This document shows positions 18,352-26,158 of a DNA stretch of 50,312 nt, piece by piece; the first letter of the stretch is position 1; each line of letters starts with the position of its first letter. Source of the stretch: an archaeon (lineage in GTDB: Archaea; Micrarchaeota; Micrarchaeia; Micrarchaeales; CABMGC01); the NCBI GenBank assembly GCA_039793645.1, contig JBAMLI010000048.1, positions 1 through 50,312 on the forward strand, in the 5' to 3' direction. The translations under genes and the position numbers were made by a program. The notes beneath the pieces were generated by a model. It searched no databases, was not told where the DNA came from, and worked only from the letters and a program-made list of their open reading frames with translations.

Positions 18352-18596
18352 TGGGGAAAGTTGGTGTTATTTTTAAGGTATATGCTGAGAATGGAGAAGA
18401 AGAGAAAGTAAGCAAGGAGATAGCAGAAAAGCTCAAGCCAAATGGCATACAACTTGAAGATGTGGCCTTCGGGATAAAGATAATAAAAGTTCTTTTTATA
18501 CACGAGGACTCTGAAGGAAGCACTGTTTTCGAAGAAAAGCTGAAGAAGATAAATGGAGTCAGAGAGGTTGAAGTTGAAGAGGAAAGCCTTCTCTAA
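18351..18596 (+). CDS. translation elongation factor aEF-1 beta
   Basis: About 81 aa: [13 protein letters not shown]...VAFGIKIIKVLFIHEDSEG...INGVREVEVEEESLL. Pattern typical of aEF-1beta. The ATG overlaps the upstream TGA stop (TGATG). Confidence 0.85.
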   Translation: MGKVGVIFKVYAENGEEEKVSKEIAEKLKPNGIQLEDVAFGIKIIKVLFIHEDSEGSTVFEEKLKKINGVREVEVEEESLL

Positions 18597-18602
18597 TATC
18601 TT

Positions 18603-18635
18603 TTGTGCCAGGCACAATTTGAACTCGACAGTCGA
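18603..18635. repeat. two adjacent perfect palindromes, TTGTGCC-A-GGCACAA and TCGAC-A-GTCGA
   Basis: Read directly at 18603-18617 and 18625-18635, just after the aEF-1beta stop and about 70 nt before rpoD. Possible terminator hairpins or an operator. Confidence 0.6.
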
Positions 18636-18706
18636 TAGCCAAAAAGAAAGAAATAAATATATTAATATTTGTATAAATAAAGCCATAATCTAATTTCTGG
18701 GATTGC

Positions 18707-19276
18707 ATGAAAGTCGAATTTATTGAGAATACTCCTGCAGCTATAAGGTTCTCTATAAGCCAGACGAATGCGGAGTTTGTCAACGCGCTTAGGAGGATAA
18801 TAATAAGCAGGGTAAAGACATTTGCAATAGACACAGTGACTTTTTACATCAATACAAGCGCAATGTTTGACGAATATATTGCGCATAGGATAGGGCTTAT
18901 ACCATTAGTTACTCCGAAGGAAGGATACGACGAAAAAGACGAGATATTATTCACCTTGGATATGGAAGGGCCTTGCACAGTATATTCAAGCGACCTCAAA
19001 AGCAATGACAAGGAGGTCAAAGTTGCAATAGATGATATACCAATAATAAAGCTTGCTGAAGGGCAAAGAATAAAGTTGGAGGGCAAGGCAGTAATGAACA
19101 ACGGAGCAAAAAGCGCCAAATTCCAGCCTGGCTTAGCTACGTATGAGAAAAAAGGGGAAGGAGTTTATGAATTTTATATTGAGACCTTTGGTCAAATGAG
19201 CTCAAGAGAAATTTTAAATAAAGCACTTGAGATAATAGAAGATGATTTAAAGGCTATGGAGAAAGAATTAAAATAA
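18707..19276 (+). CDS. rpoD: DNA-directed RNA polymerase subunit D (short form)
   Basis: NAEFVNALRRIIISRV...FDEYIAHRIGLIPL is typical of RpoD/Rpb3. Only 189 aa with a single Cys, so no Fe-S cluster domain. Confidence 0.9.
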   Translation: MKVEFIENTPAAIRFSISQTNAEFVNALRRIIISRVKTFAIDTVTFYINTSAMFDEYIAHRIGLIPLVTPKEGYDEKDEILFTLDMEGPCTVYSSDLKSNDKEVKVAIDDIPIIKLAEGQRIKLEGKAVMNNGAKSAKFQPGLATYEKKGEGVYEFYIETFGQMSSREILNKALEIIEDDLKAMEKELK

Positions 19277-19279
19277 TGC

Positions 19280-19378
19280 GCGGGGGTGGCGGAGCCTGGT
19301 CAAACGCGCAGGACTGAGGAAAATTTCAGAACTCCTGTAGCTTTAGAGCTTGCGAGAGTTCAAATCTCTCCCCCCGCA
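19280..19378 (+). tRNA. tRNA-Leu (anticodon GAG) with an approximately 12-nt intron in the anticodon loop
   Basis: GCGGGGG-TG-GCG-GAGCCTGGTCAAA-CGC-G-CAGGA-CTGAGG[AAAATTTCAGAA]C-TCCTG-variable arm-GAGAG-TTCAAAT-CTCTC-CCCCCGC-A. The intron TCAG can pair with CTGA of the loop. Sits 3 nt after rpoD and 5 nt before L18e. Confidence 0.85.
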
Positions 19379-19383
19379 TCTAT

Positions 19384-19746
19384 GTGACCCAAATGAAAAG
19401 TTATATAGAAAAAAATGAGATAAATGAGTGGCTTGTAAAGCTGGACAAAGCCTTGGCAGAAGGAGTCAGAAGCAAAGGCTTTGTTGAGCAGGTAAAAAAG
19501 CTGGCAAGCCTTCCAAAAAGGAAAAGGATAAAGGTGAATTTGAGGAAGCTAGACAGCATTGCCAAAGAAGGCGAGCACATAATAGTTCCTGGCAAGGTGC
19601 TGGGCGTTGGAGAGGTAAGGAAGAAGTTCAACATCTCTGCTATAGAATATTCACATTCTGCAGTTGAAAAGCTTAGAAAGAGCGGCTGCAACATAATTGG
19701 CATTGATGAAGCGCTTAAGGCTAAGGATTCAAGAATAATAATATAA
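19384..19746 (+). CDS. rpl18e: 50S ribosomal protein L18e
   Basis: PKRKRIKVNLRKL...IIVPGKVLGVGE...ISAIEYSHSAVEKLRKSGCNII, in the conserved position before L13. GTG at 19384 or ATG at 19393. Confidence 0.85.
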   Translation: MTQMKSYIEKNEINEWLVKLDKALAEGVRSKGFVEQVKKLASLPKRKRIKVNLRKLDSIAKEGEHIIVPGKVLGVGEVRKKFNISAIEYSHSAVEKLRKSGCNIIGIDEALKAKDSRIII

Positions 19747-19757
19747 AGAGTGTTTTT

Positions 19758-20186
19758 ATGGAGAGGATTATTAATGTTGAAGGTGCAATACTCGGAAGGG
19801 CTGCAAGCAAGATAGCCAAGATGCTGCTCAATGGCGACACAGTTGTCGTGTTGAATGCAGAGAAGATGCTCATAAGTGGCCATGAAAAAGATATAGTGGA
19901 AAATTACAAGCAAAGGATAGAGCTTAAAGACAAGGCCAATCCTGAACACTCGCCCTATTGGTCGAGGAGGCCAGATTTGCTTGTCAAAAGAGTGATAAGG
20001 GGAATGCTCCCTTACAAAAAAGCAAAAGGAAAGAAAGCGTACAGGCTGCTGAAGGTTTATATGGGCATTCCAGAAATCTATAAAAACAAGAAGATAGAGG
20101 AGATAGAGAAGAAAGATATTAAAAAGATGTTTGAGAATACAATTAGCGTTAAGAAGCTTGCTGAAAAACTTGGCTATAGAGAGTGA
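19758..20186 (+). CDS. rpl13: 50S ribosomal protein L13
   Basis: INVEGAILGRAASKIAKMLLNGDTVVVLNAEK...SGHE is a typical archaeal L13. Conserved L18e-L13-S9 order. Confidence 0.92.
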   Translation: MERIINVEGAILGRAASKIAKMLLNGDTVVVLNAEKMLISGHEKDIVENYKQRIELKDKANPEHSPYWSRRPDLLVKRVIRGMLPYKKAKGKKAYRLLKVYMGIPEIYKNKKIEEIEKKDIKKMFENTISVKKLAEKLGYRE

Positions 20187-20190
20187 TTCT

Positions 20191-20706
20191 TTGGCTGAAA
20201 ATCAAAATTTGGAAAAATTGAACAAAGAACTTGGCGCACTCGCACCGCAGGCGGAAGAGAAAAGAAGAAGTGCAAAGCCAAAGAAAAAGGCCCCAAAGCA
20301 AAAAGTGATAATCACAAAAAGCAAAAGGAAAGAAGCGGTTGCTAGAGCTAGGCTTACAAAAGGAAACGGCAAAATAAAGATTAATGGCGTTGATGTAAAC
20401 CTTATAAAGCCGAAGGAGCTAAGGGAGCTTATACTTGAGCCTGTCAACTTCTCCAACATAACCAAGGAGATAGCAGAATCATCAGACATAATAGTAAACG
20501 TCAAGGGAGGCGGTGCAAGCGGGCAAGCTCAGGCAGCAAGGAATGCTATAGCCAAGGCGATTGCTGCTGCTTCAAGCAGCGAGATTGTGAGAAAGGCTTA
20601 TATGAGGTATGATAGAGCTTTGCTTATTGATGATGCAAGGCGCGTAGAGCCAAAGAAGTTCTTAGGCCCAAAGGCAAGGGCAAGATTCCAGACTTCATAC
20701 AGGTGA
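20191..20706 (+). CDS. rps9: 30S ribosomal protein S9 (possible Lys-rich N-terminal extension)
   Basis: [41 protein letters not shown]-terminal ...RFQTSYR. TTG at 20191 is the longest start not overlapping L13. GTG at 20305 would give the canonical length of about 134 aa. Confidence 0.88.
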   Translation: MAENQNLEKLNKELGALAPQAEEKRRSAKPKKKAPKQKVIITKSKRKEAVARARLTKGNGKIKINGVDVNLIKPKELRELILEPVNFSNITKEIAESSDIIVNVKGGGASGQAQAARNAIAKAIAAASSSEIVRKAYMRYDRALLIDDARRVEPKKFLGPKARARFQTSYR

Positions 20707-20716
20707 TGGTGAGAAA

Positions 20717-20914
20717 ATGATGATTCCTGTTAGATGTTTCTCATGCGGCCAAGTAATTGGCAACAAATGGGAAAAATTTAAAGCAAGAGTCGATGCTGGC
20801 GAAGACCCTGAAAAGGTATTGGACGATTTGGGAGTAAAAAGATACTGCTGCAGGAGAATGCTTATTAGCCATGTCGATTTAATAGACGAAGTAATTGAAT
20901 ACGGAAGAAAGTAG
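20717..20914 (+). CDS. rpoN: DNA-directed RNA polymerase subunit N
   Basis: [16 protein letters not shown]...[17 protein letters not shown] is the canonical RpoN/Rpb10 sequence. Confidence 0.93.
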   Translation: MMIPVRCFSCGQVIGNKWEKFKARVDAGEDPEKVLDDLGVKRYCCRRMLISHVDLIDEVIEYGRK

Positions 20915-20956
20915 AGATAAGATTAAAAAGGTTTTAAAACAAAATATTGAAATATC

Positions 20957-21058
20957 GGGGTCGTCTGCTAGCCTGGTTAGGCTCTGTGCTTAGGGGGCAC
21001 ATGACCCGAGAAGCTTTCGGGAATTCAAAATGCAAATGAAAATCTCGGCGACCCCGAA
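20957..21058 (+). tRNA. intron-containing tRNA, probably tRNA-Pro (nominal anticodon AGG), with 26 extra nt in the T-arm
   Basis: GGGGTCG-TC-TGCT-AGCCTGGTTA-GGCT-C-TGTGC-TTAGGGG-GCACA-TGAC-CCGAG-[AAGCTTTCGGGAA]TTCAAA[ATGCAAATGAAAA]T-CTCGG-CGACCCC-G. The acceptor, D-loop (A14, G18G19, A21), anticodon hairpin and T-stem are all drawable. The fold is hand-built and the D-stem has a U10-U25 mismatch. Confidence 0.55.
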
Positions 21059-21071
21059 AAAAGGTGTATAG

Positions 21072-21686
21072 ATGGCTGATGAACTGCTGATAGACCAATC
21101 GGTTTACCTTGAGGCTGGAGTACATATAGGCACAAAAGTAAAGACGCCAGGGATGAAAAGGTTTATATACAAAGTAAGGGAAGACGGGCTTTACCTTCTA
21201 GATCTCCCTGAGATAGACAGAAGGATAAAGATAGCTGCAAAAATGCTTGCAAGATATGATCCAAAAGATATCATTGTAACAGCATCAAGAATCTATGCAA
21301 TCTCGGCAGCTTCAAAGTTTGCCGAGGTGACAAAAACAAGACTTATACAGGGAAGGATAATGCCTGGGATATTTACTAACCCGAATAGGGAAGATTTCAT
21401 AGAGCCTGCAATTGTTCTGGTGAGCGACACAAGGAATGAGAAGCAGGCTGTAAAGGAAGCGAGCAAGACAAACATACCTGTTGTTGCACTATGCGACACA
21501 GATAATTGGATAAAATTTGTGGACCTGATTATACCATGCAACAACAAGGGAAGGCGCTCCCTTGCAGTGGTCTACTATCTACTTGCAAGAGAGTTCCTAA
21601 AGGAGAAAGGTATAATAAAATCCAATGAAGAATTTAATTACAAAATCTCCGATTTTGAAGCGAAGGTGGAGATGAAGGTCAAGTAG
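21072..21686 (+). CDS. rps2: 30S ribosomal protein S2
   Basis: YLEAGVHIGTK.........FIYKVREDGLYLLDL and IPVVALCDTDN are typical of archaeal S2. Confidence 0.93.
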   Translation: MADELLIDQSVYLEAGVHIGTKVKTPGMKRFIYKVREDGLYLLDLPEIDRRIKIAAKMLARYDPKDIIVTASRIYAISAASKFAEVTKTRLIQGRIMPGIFTNPNREDFIEPAIVLVSDTRNEKQAVKEASKTNIPVVALCDTDNWIKFVDLIIPCNNKGRRSLAVVYYLLAREFLKEKGIIKSNEEFNYKISDFEAKVEMKVK

Positions 21687-22226
21687 ATGTTGGGTTTTAA
21701 GCTCCAGGCAGCTGTAGATTTCCTCATGTCTTATGGAGTGGCCCTTATCATTATCATAATAGCTGTTGCTGTAATCTATAAAGTAGGGGTGCTCAATCCT
21801 GTTGCTGCTCCAGTGATGTGCACGCCGTCACCTGGGTTCTCATGTGGGATTTTCGCTATAAACTCAAGCGGAGCCCTTACAATATATATAAGCCAAGCTA
21901 CTGGAGGGCCGATTGTAGTGCATGGTGTAGCATGCTCATCAGCGGTGAATGGAAGCGGCAATGGGCCTGCATATGGGAATATTTACGTAACTGCAAACCC
22001 TGCATATTATCCTTATAATTCCTATCCGCCAAACGCTTTGCAAAATGGGATTGTGATTTATAGCGGCACTGGCAACACTTTGTATGCAAACTGCTACAAC
22101 AGCGCAGGAATAGCCTCAGGACGCTTAGGCAATGCTTTTATCGGTTATCTGTGGCTCAATTATAGCATGCCTGGATATCAAAGCACAATACAAAAGGTAG
22201 CCTCTGTAAGCTTGAAGTATACATAA
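21687..22226 (+). CDS. type IV pilin-like protein with class III signal peptide (paralog of 45435..45929)
   Basis: N-terminus MLGFKLQ/AAVDFLMSYGVALIIIIIAVAV, then a Cys pair (CTPSPGFSC) and a beta-rich Gly/Asn/Tyr domain. The ATG immediately follows the rps2 TAG stop. Confidence 0.6.
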   Translation: MLGFKLQAAVDFLMSYGVALIIIIIAVAVIYKVGVLNPVAAPVMCTPSPGFSCGIFAINSSGALTIYISQATGGPIVVHGVACSSAVNGSGNGPAYGNIYVTANPAYYPYNSYPPNALQNGIVIYSGTGNTLYANCYNSAGIASGRLGNAFIGYLWLNYSMPGYQSTIQKVASVSLKYT

Positions 22227-22287
22227 ATCATGGCGAATAAATTGTGGTTCCTTTCAACTCATGCTTGCCAAAGGAAAGCCCAAAAGC

Positions 22288-23952
22288 TTAGCTGAATTTC
22301 CTCAGCTTCTCTATCTCCTCCTCTTCGATCTTCTTGAACAAAGGCTCAGGCTTGTGGAGGTTGAGCTTTGATCCGCTCCTTAAGCTAGAGACTATGCAAC
22401 TAGATTCTGGAGAGGCCTCGTTGAATATGGAGAGTATCTTTCTGCTAGCTTCCGGCGTGAATGGATATATAAGATTTCCTATCCTGTAAACTGCCTGCAA
22501 AAGAAGGTAAACGATGTTTCCCAGCCTTGCCCGCGATTTTTCATCGTTATTTTTGGCGAGCGCCCACGGCTCTGTCGAGCTTATGAAGCTATTTCCTATA
22601 GAGGCTATCTCAAGCACGCACCTTAGCGCTTCCCTTATTTTTATCTTCCTGAAATTCCTAAAGTATTCTTTCTCCTTCCTTTCTATATCTCTGACAAATT
22701 TTTTCTCTCCCGGGCCCATAATATCTTCATTGAACAACGGGACAATATCCCCAAAGTTAGAGAAGGCAAGGGTGAGGCTCCTGTGTATGAAATTGCCGAG
22801 CAGGTTGTTCAGGTCGTTGTTGACTATTTCCATTATCCTGCTTATGGACATTTCTACATCTGCGCCTTCTGGCAGAAGCTCTGCTAGGATAAAACGCCAG
22901 TAGTCTGCAGGTAGTATTTCAAGTGCATTTTCTATATTGAGCCCAATGCCTTTGCTCTTTGAGAATTTGAGCTTGTTTGCGAGGAGATATTCGTAAGCAT
23001 ATATAGTGTAAGGCAGAATGAACTTTTTCCTTGTGCCTATCAAAATGCCCGGCCACATCAATGTGTGGAATTCTATATTATCTTTACCCATGAATTGTAT
23101 TAGCCTGGACTTTCCAAACCAGTAATCTTTCCACTTCTCTTTGTCCCATTCTCTTGTTATTCCTATATAACCTATGACTGCATCAAACCAAACATAGAAT
23201 ACCTTATCTTCAAATCCTTTCAGAGGCACAGGAAATCCCCATTTAAGGTCCCTTGTTATCTCCCTTTTTTCCAAGCCACGCTTTATATAGTTTAGCGAAT
23301 GGTTTATGGCGTTCTTGCTCCAATTGTGCTTCGACCTCTTCTTTATGAAATCCTCTATCTCATTTTCAAGAGACTTCATATCGAATGCGAGGTTGACTGT
23401 CTCTTTGAAGGTTATGTCTTCTTTGCCGCATATGGTGCAGTGTGGCTTGATCAATTCCTTCGGCGTCAAGAGCCTGCCGCAATTTTCGCATTGGTCTCCC
23501 CTTGCGCCCTGATAGCCGCAGTATGGGCATGTGCCTTCTATCAGCCTATCAGTTAGAAACCTTTTGTCTACATTGCAATACGGAAGCTCAGACTTAACCT
23601 CAACTATGTAGCCATTTTTATAAAGCGCATTGAAGATTTCATAGACAGTCTCTTTGTTCTCCTCAGTGTCTGTCTTTCCATAGTATGTAAAAGTGCATTC
23701 AAATCTTTCAAGTATCTCTTTTATTTTTGCGTGCATAGAGTCTGCAAACTCTTTTGGCTCCACGCCCTTTCTGATAGCCTGGAGCTCTATCGGAGTGCCG
23801 TGCTGGTCGCTACCACATATGAATATTGCATCCTCATTGCACATCTTCATGAATTTGTAGTAAATGTCAGCTGGCAGTATAGATCCTACCATATTCCCCA
23901 AATGCGGCATCCCTTCAGCATAAGGGAGAGCAGATGTTATTATGTATTTCAT
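22288..23952 (-). CDS. metG: methionyl-tRNA synthetase
   Basis: HIGH-type PYAEGMPHLGN, Zn knuckles (CPYCGY...CENCG, CTICG), KMSKS-type KFSKSKG. 554 aa with no C-terminal Trbp111-like domain. Confidence 0.95.
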   Translation of the reverse strand: MKYIITSALPYAEGMPHLGNMVGSILPADIYYKFMKMCNEDAIFICGSDQHGTPIELQAIRKGVEPKEFADSMHAKIKEILERFECTFTYYGKTDTEENKETVYEIFNALYKNGYIVEVKSELPYCNVDKRFLTDRLIEGTCPYCGYQGARGDQCENCGRLLTPKELIKPHCTICGKEDITFKETVNLAFDMKSLENEIEDFIKKRSKHNWSKNAINHSLNYIKRGLEKREITRDLKWGFPVPLKGFEDKVFYVWFDAVIGYIGITREWDKEKWKDYWFGKSRLIQFMGKDNIEFHTLMWPGILIGTRKKFILPYTIYAYEYLLANKLKFSKSKGIGLNIENALEILPADYWRFILAELLPEGADVEMSISRIMEIVNNDLNNLLGNFIHRSLTLAFSNFGDIVPLFNEDIMGPGEKKFVRDIERKEKEYFRNFRKIKIREALRCVLEIASIGNSFISSTEPWALAKNNDEKSRARLGNIVYLLLQAVYRIGNLIYPFTPEASRKILSIFNEASPESSCIVSSLRSGSKLNLHKPEPLFKKIEEEEIEKLRKFS

Positions 23953-24087
23953 GCAATCACGGCAATTTAATTTGTAATAACAATTTAACTTGTAATAATC
24001 TTGTAAATATCTTATTAATATACCTTTTTTATTGTTTTTGTATTAATATTTAATTAATGCTTCTCTTCTGTATGCGCAGGGGGTACT

Positions 24088-26148
24088 ATGGATTCTGTAA
24101 AGGCTGAAGAGTATAGGAACAAATTCATTGAATTCTACAATGCTTATTATGTAAACCAGATAAATGAGATGTTCATAAGCTACCCTAAAAAAAGGAGCGT
24201 AAATATTGACTTGAAGGATTTGGAGAAGTTTGACAGCGAGCTTGCAATGGAGCTGATAAACAACCCAGATTCTATACTTTCTATAGCAGATTCTGCCCTT
24301 GCAAAGATGAACCCAAACCCTGAGGCAAAGGAGCCTGTCCATGCTAGGTTTATGGGCGCAACAACAGAGGGACTACTCATACAGGATATAGGCTCAGAGC
24401 ATATAGGCAAGCTTATCACTATAGATGCGCTGGTAGTCAAAAGGTCAGAGATAACGCCAAAGGTCCATGTAGGCGTATTTAAATGCTCTTACTGTGGCAC
24501 AGTGCTAAAGGTAGATCTTGAAAATGAAAATGCACCAGAATTTTGCCCACAATGCAAAAGAAGATCGCTGAAGCAGATAAGCGAAGAGTCTGAATTCATA
24601 AACCTCCAGAGGATTGCGGTGCAGGATCCTCTTGAAAGGCTAAAAGGGAGCACCCCAACATGGCAGCTTGAGGTTTGGCTTGAAGACGACCTTGTGAACA
24701 GCGTCATACCTGGAGACAGAGTAGACATAACAGGCGTATTGAGGATAAGGCCTAGAAGGAATACGAAAGGCAAAGAGGAAAAGACATTGTTTACTATGCT
24801 TTTTGATGCAGTTGCGCTCAAGCCTAGGCAGAAGGAGTTCATCGAAATAGAGGTCACTCCAGAAGAGGAGAAAAAGATAAAAGAGCTTGCAAAAGACCCG
24901 CACATCTTCGAAAAGATAGCCAAGTCAATAGCCCCTTCAATATATGGATATGATGAGATAAAGAAGGCTTTGGCGCTGCAGCTCTTTGGAGGCACTCCTG
25001 ACAAGAAGCTCGTAGATGGAGGTCCAATAAGGAGCGATATCCATATACTTCTCATAGGTGACCCAGGTTCTGCTAAGACTAGGCTTCTCCAAGCAGTAAC
25101 TTCAATTGTCCCAAAGGGCATATATGTAAGCGGAAAGAGCACAAGCTCTGCAGGCCTTACGGCTTCTGCTGAGAGGGATGAATTCGCCGAAGGGGGCTGG
25201 ACCCTAAAGGCTGGAGCCCTTGTCCTGGGCTCTGGAGGAGAGGTAAGCATAGATGAATTCGACAAGATAAGCGATGAGGATAAATCCTCCCTTCTTGAGG
25301 CTTTGGAGTCGCAGACAATAAGCATAGCAAAAGCAGGTATTGTAGCCAGATTCAATGCAAAGGCTTCTGTGCTTGCTGCGGCAAACCCAAAGTATGGTAG
25401 GTTTGACAAAAACCAGTATCCTGCTGAACAATTCGACATTCCTCCTGCTTTGCTCTCCAGGTTTGACCTCATCTTTCCAATAATGGATGTGCTTGATGAA
25501 GAGCAGGACAAAAGGATTGCAAAGCATATTTTGACCCAGCACCAAGCAGCAGGGGCGCAATTGGCGCAGGTTGAGGGATATGAGCAGGTAGAGGCGCCGC
25601 CAATAGATCCCGAGCTCCTTAGAAAATACATCGCCTATGCAAGGCAGCATGTCAAGCCTGTGCTCAGCCCAGAGGCTAGCAATAGGATACAAGAATTCTA
25701 TGTTGAGCTTAGGAAGCTTGGCCTTAAACAAGGGGCTGTGCCTATAACGCCTAGGCAGATAGAAGGGCTTGTAAGGCTTGCAGAAGCGAGCGCAAAGTCA
25801 AGGCTTTCAGAAAGGATAGAGCTCAAAGACGCTGAGCTTGCCATCTCGCTCTTTGACTATATGCTTACTACCCTTGCTGTAGACAGGGGTGGGAGAAAAG
25901 ACATAGATACGCTCCTCACAGGCATGCCTAGGGAAAAGGTCACAAAGATAAACACGTTGATGGAGATAATAGCGAAGCTTGATGAAGGAGGGCAAGGTGC
26001 AAAGATAGTCTCGGTGCTCGAAGAAGCTGAAAAAGCAGGCATAGACAGGGGCACTACTGCAAAGTATATATCTGAACTTGAGAGGAGCGGGGATATTTAC
26101 AGCCCAAAGCCAGGTATAATAAAGATTGTGAGAAGGGAAGAAGAGTGA
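24088..26148 (+). CDS. mcm: MCM replicative helicase
   Basis: Zn finger CSYCG...CPQC, Walker A GDPGSAKT, Walker B IDEFDK, arginine finger SRFDL, C-terminal wHTH. 686 aa, no intein. Confidence 0.96.
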   Translation: MDSVKAEEYRNKFIEFYNAYYVNQINEMFISYPKKRSVNIDLKDLEKFDSELAMELINNPDSILSIADSALAKMNPNPEAKEPVHARFMGATTEGLLIQDIGSEHIGKLITIDALVVKRSEITPKVHVGVFKCSYCGTVLKVDLENENAPEFCPQCKRRSLKQISEESEFINLQRIAVQDPLERLKGSTPTWQLEVWLEDDLVNSVIPGDRVDITGVLRIRPRRNTKGKEEKTLFTMLFDAVALKPRQKEFIEIEVTPEEEKKIKELAKDPHIFEKIAKSIAPSIYGYDEIKKALALQLFGGTPDKKLVDGGPIRSDIHILLIGDPGSAKTRLLQAVTSIVPKGIYVSGKSTSSAGLTASAERDEFAEGGWTLKAGALVLGSGGEVSIDEFDKISDEDKSSLLEALESQTISIAKAGIVARFNAKASVLAAANPKYGRFDKNQYPAEQFDIPPALLSRFDLIFPIMDVLDEEQDKRIAKHILTQHQAAGAQLAQVEGYEQVEAPPIDPELLRKYIAYARQHVKPVLSPEASNRIQEFYVELRKLGLKQGAVPITPRQIEGLVRLAEASAKSRLSERIELKDAELAISLFDYMLTTLAVDRGGRKDIDTLLTGMPREKVTKINTLMEIIAKLDEGGQGAKIVSVLEEAEKAGIDRGTTAKYISELERSGDIYSPKPGIIKIVRREEE

Positions 26149-26158
26149 TGGTGGAAGC

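Noticed and set aside
18603-18640. T-loop-like GAGTTCAAAT on the minus strand, considered as a sixth tRNA or a split-tRNA half
   Set aside because: No complementary T-stem, no acceptor or anticodon arms can be drawn. The sequence is accounted for by the two palindromes.
20715-20730. ATGATGA at the rpoN start, considered as a C box of a C/D sRNA
   Set aside because: It is the start codon region of a conserved gene. There is no matching D box (CTGA) with terminal stem at a suitable distance.
23953-24087. AT-rich metG/mcm divergent spacer with three TTGTAAxA repeats, considered as a replication origin
   Set aside because: Only 135 nt, no ORB-like inverted repeats with G-strings, and no orc1/cdc6 gene adjacent. 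It is adequately explained as a bidirectional promoter.
24489-25631. 380-aa minus-strand ORF antisense to mcm (plus the nested ORFs at 24640-24903 and 25204-25731)
   Set aside because: It lies entirely inside a confidently identified MCM gene. The product is Ser/Cys/Ala-rich and low-complexity, as expected from the reverse complement of a purine-rich coding strand. No motifs.
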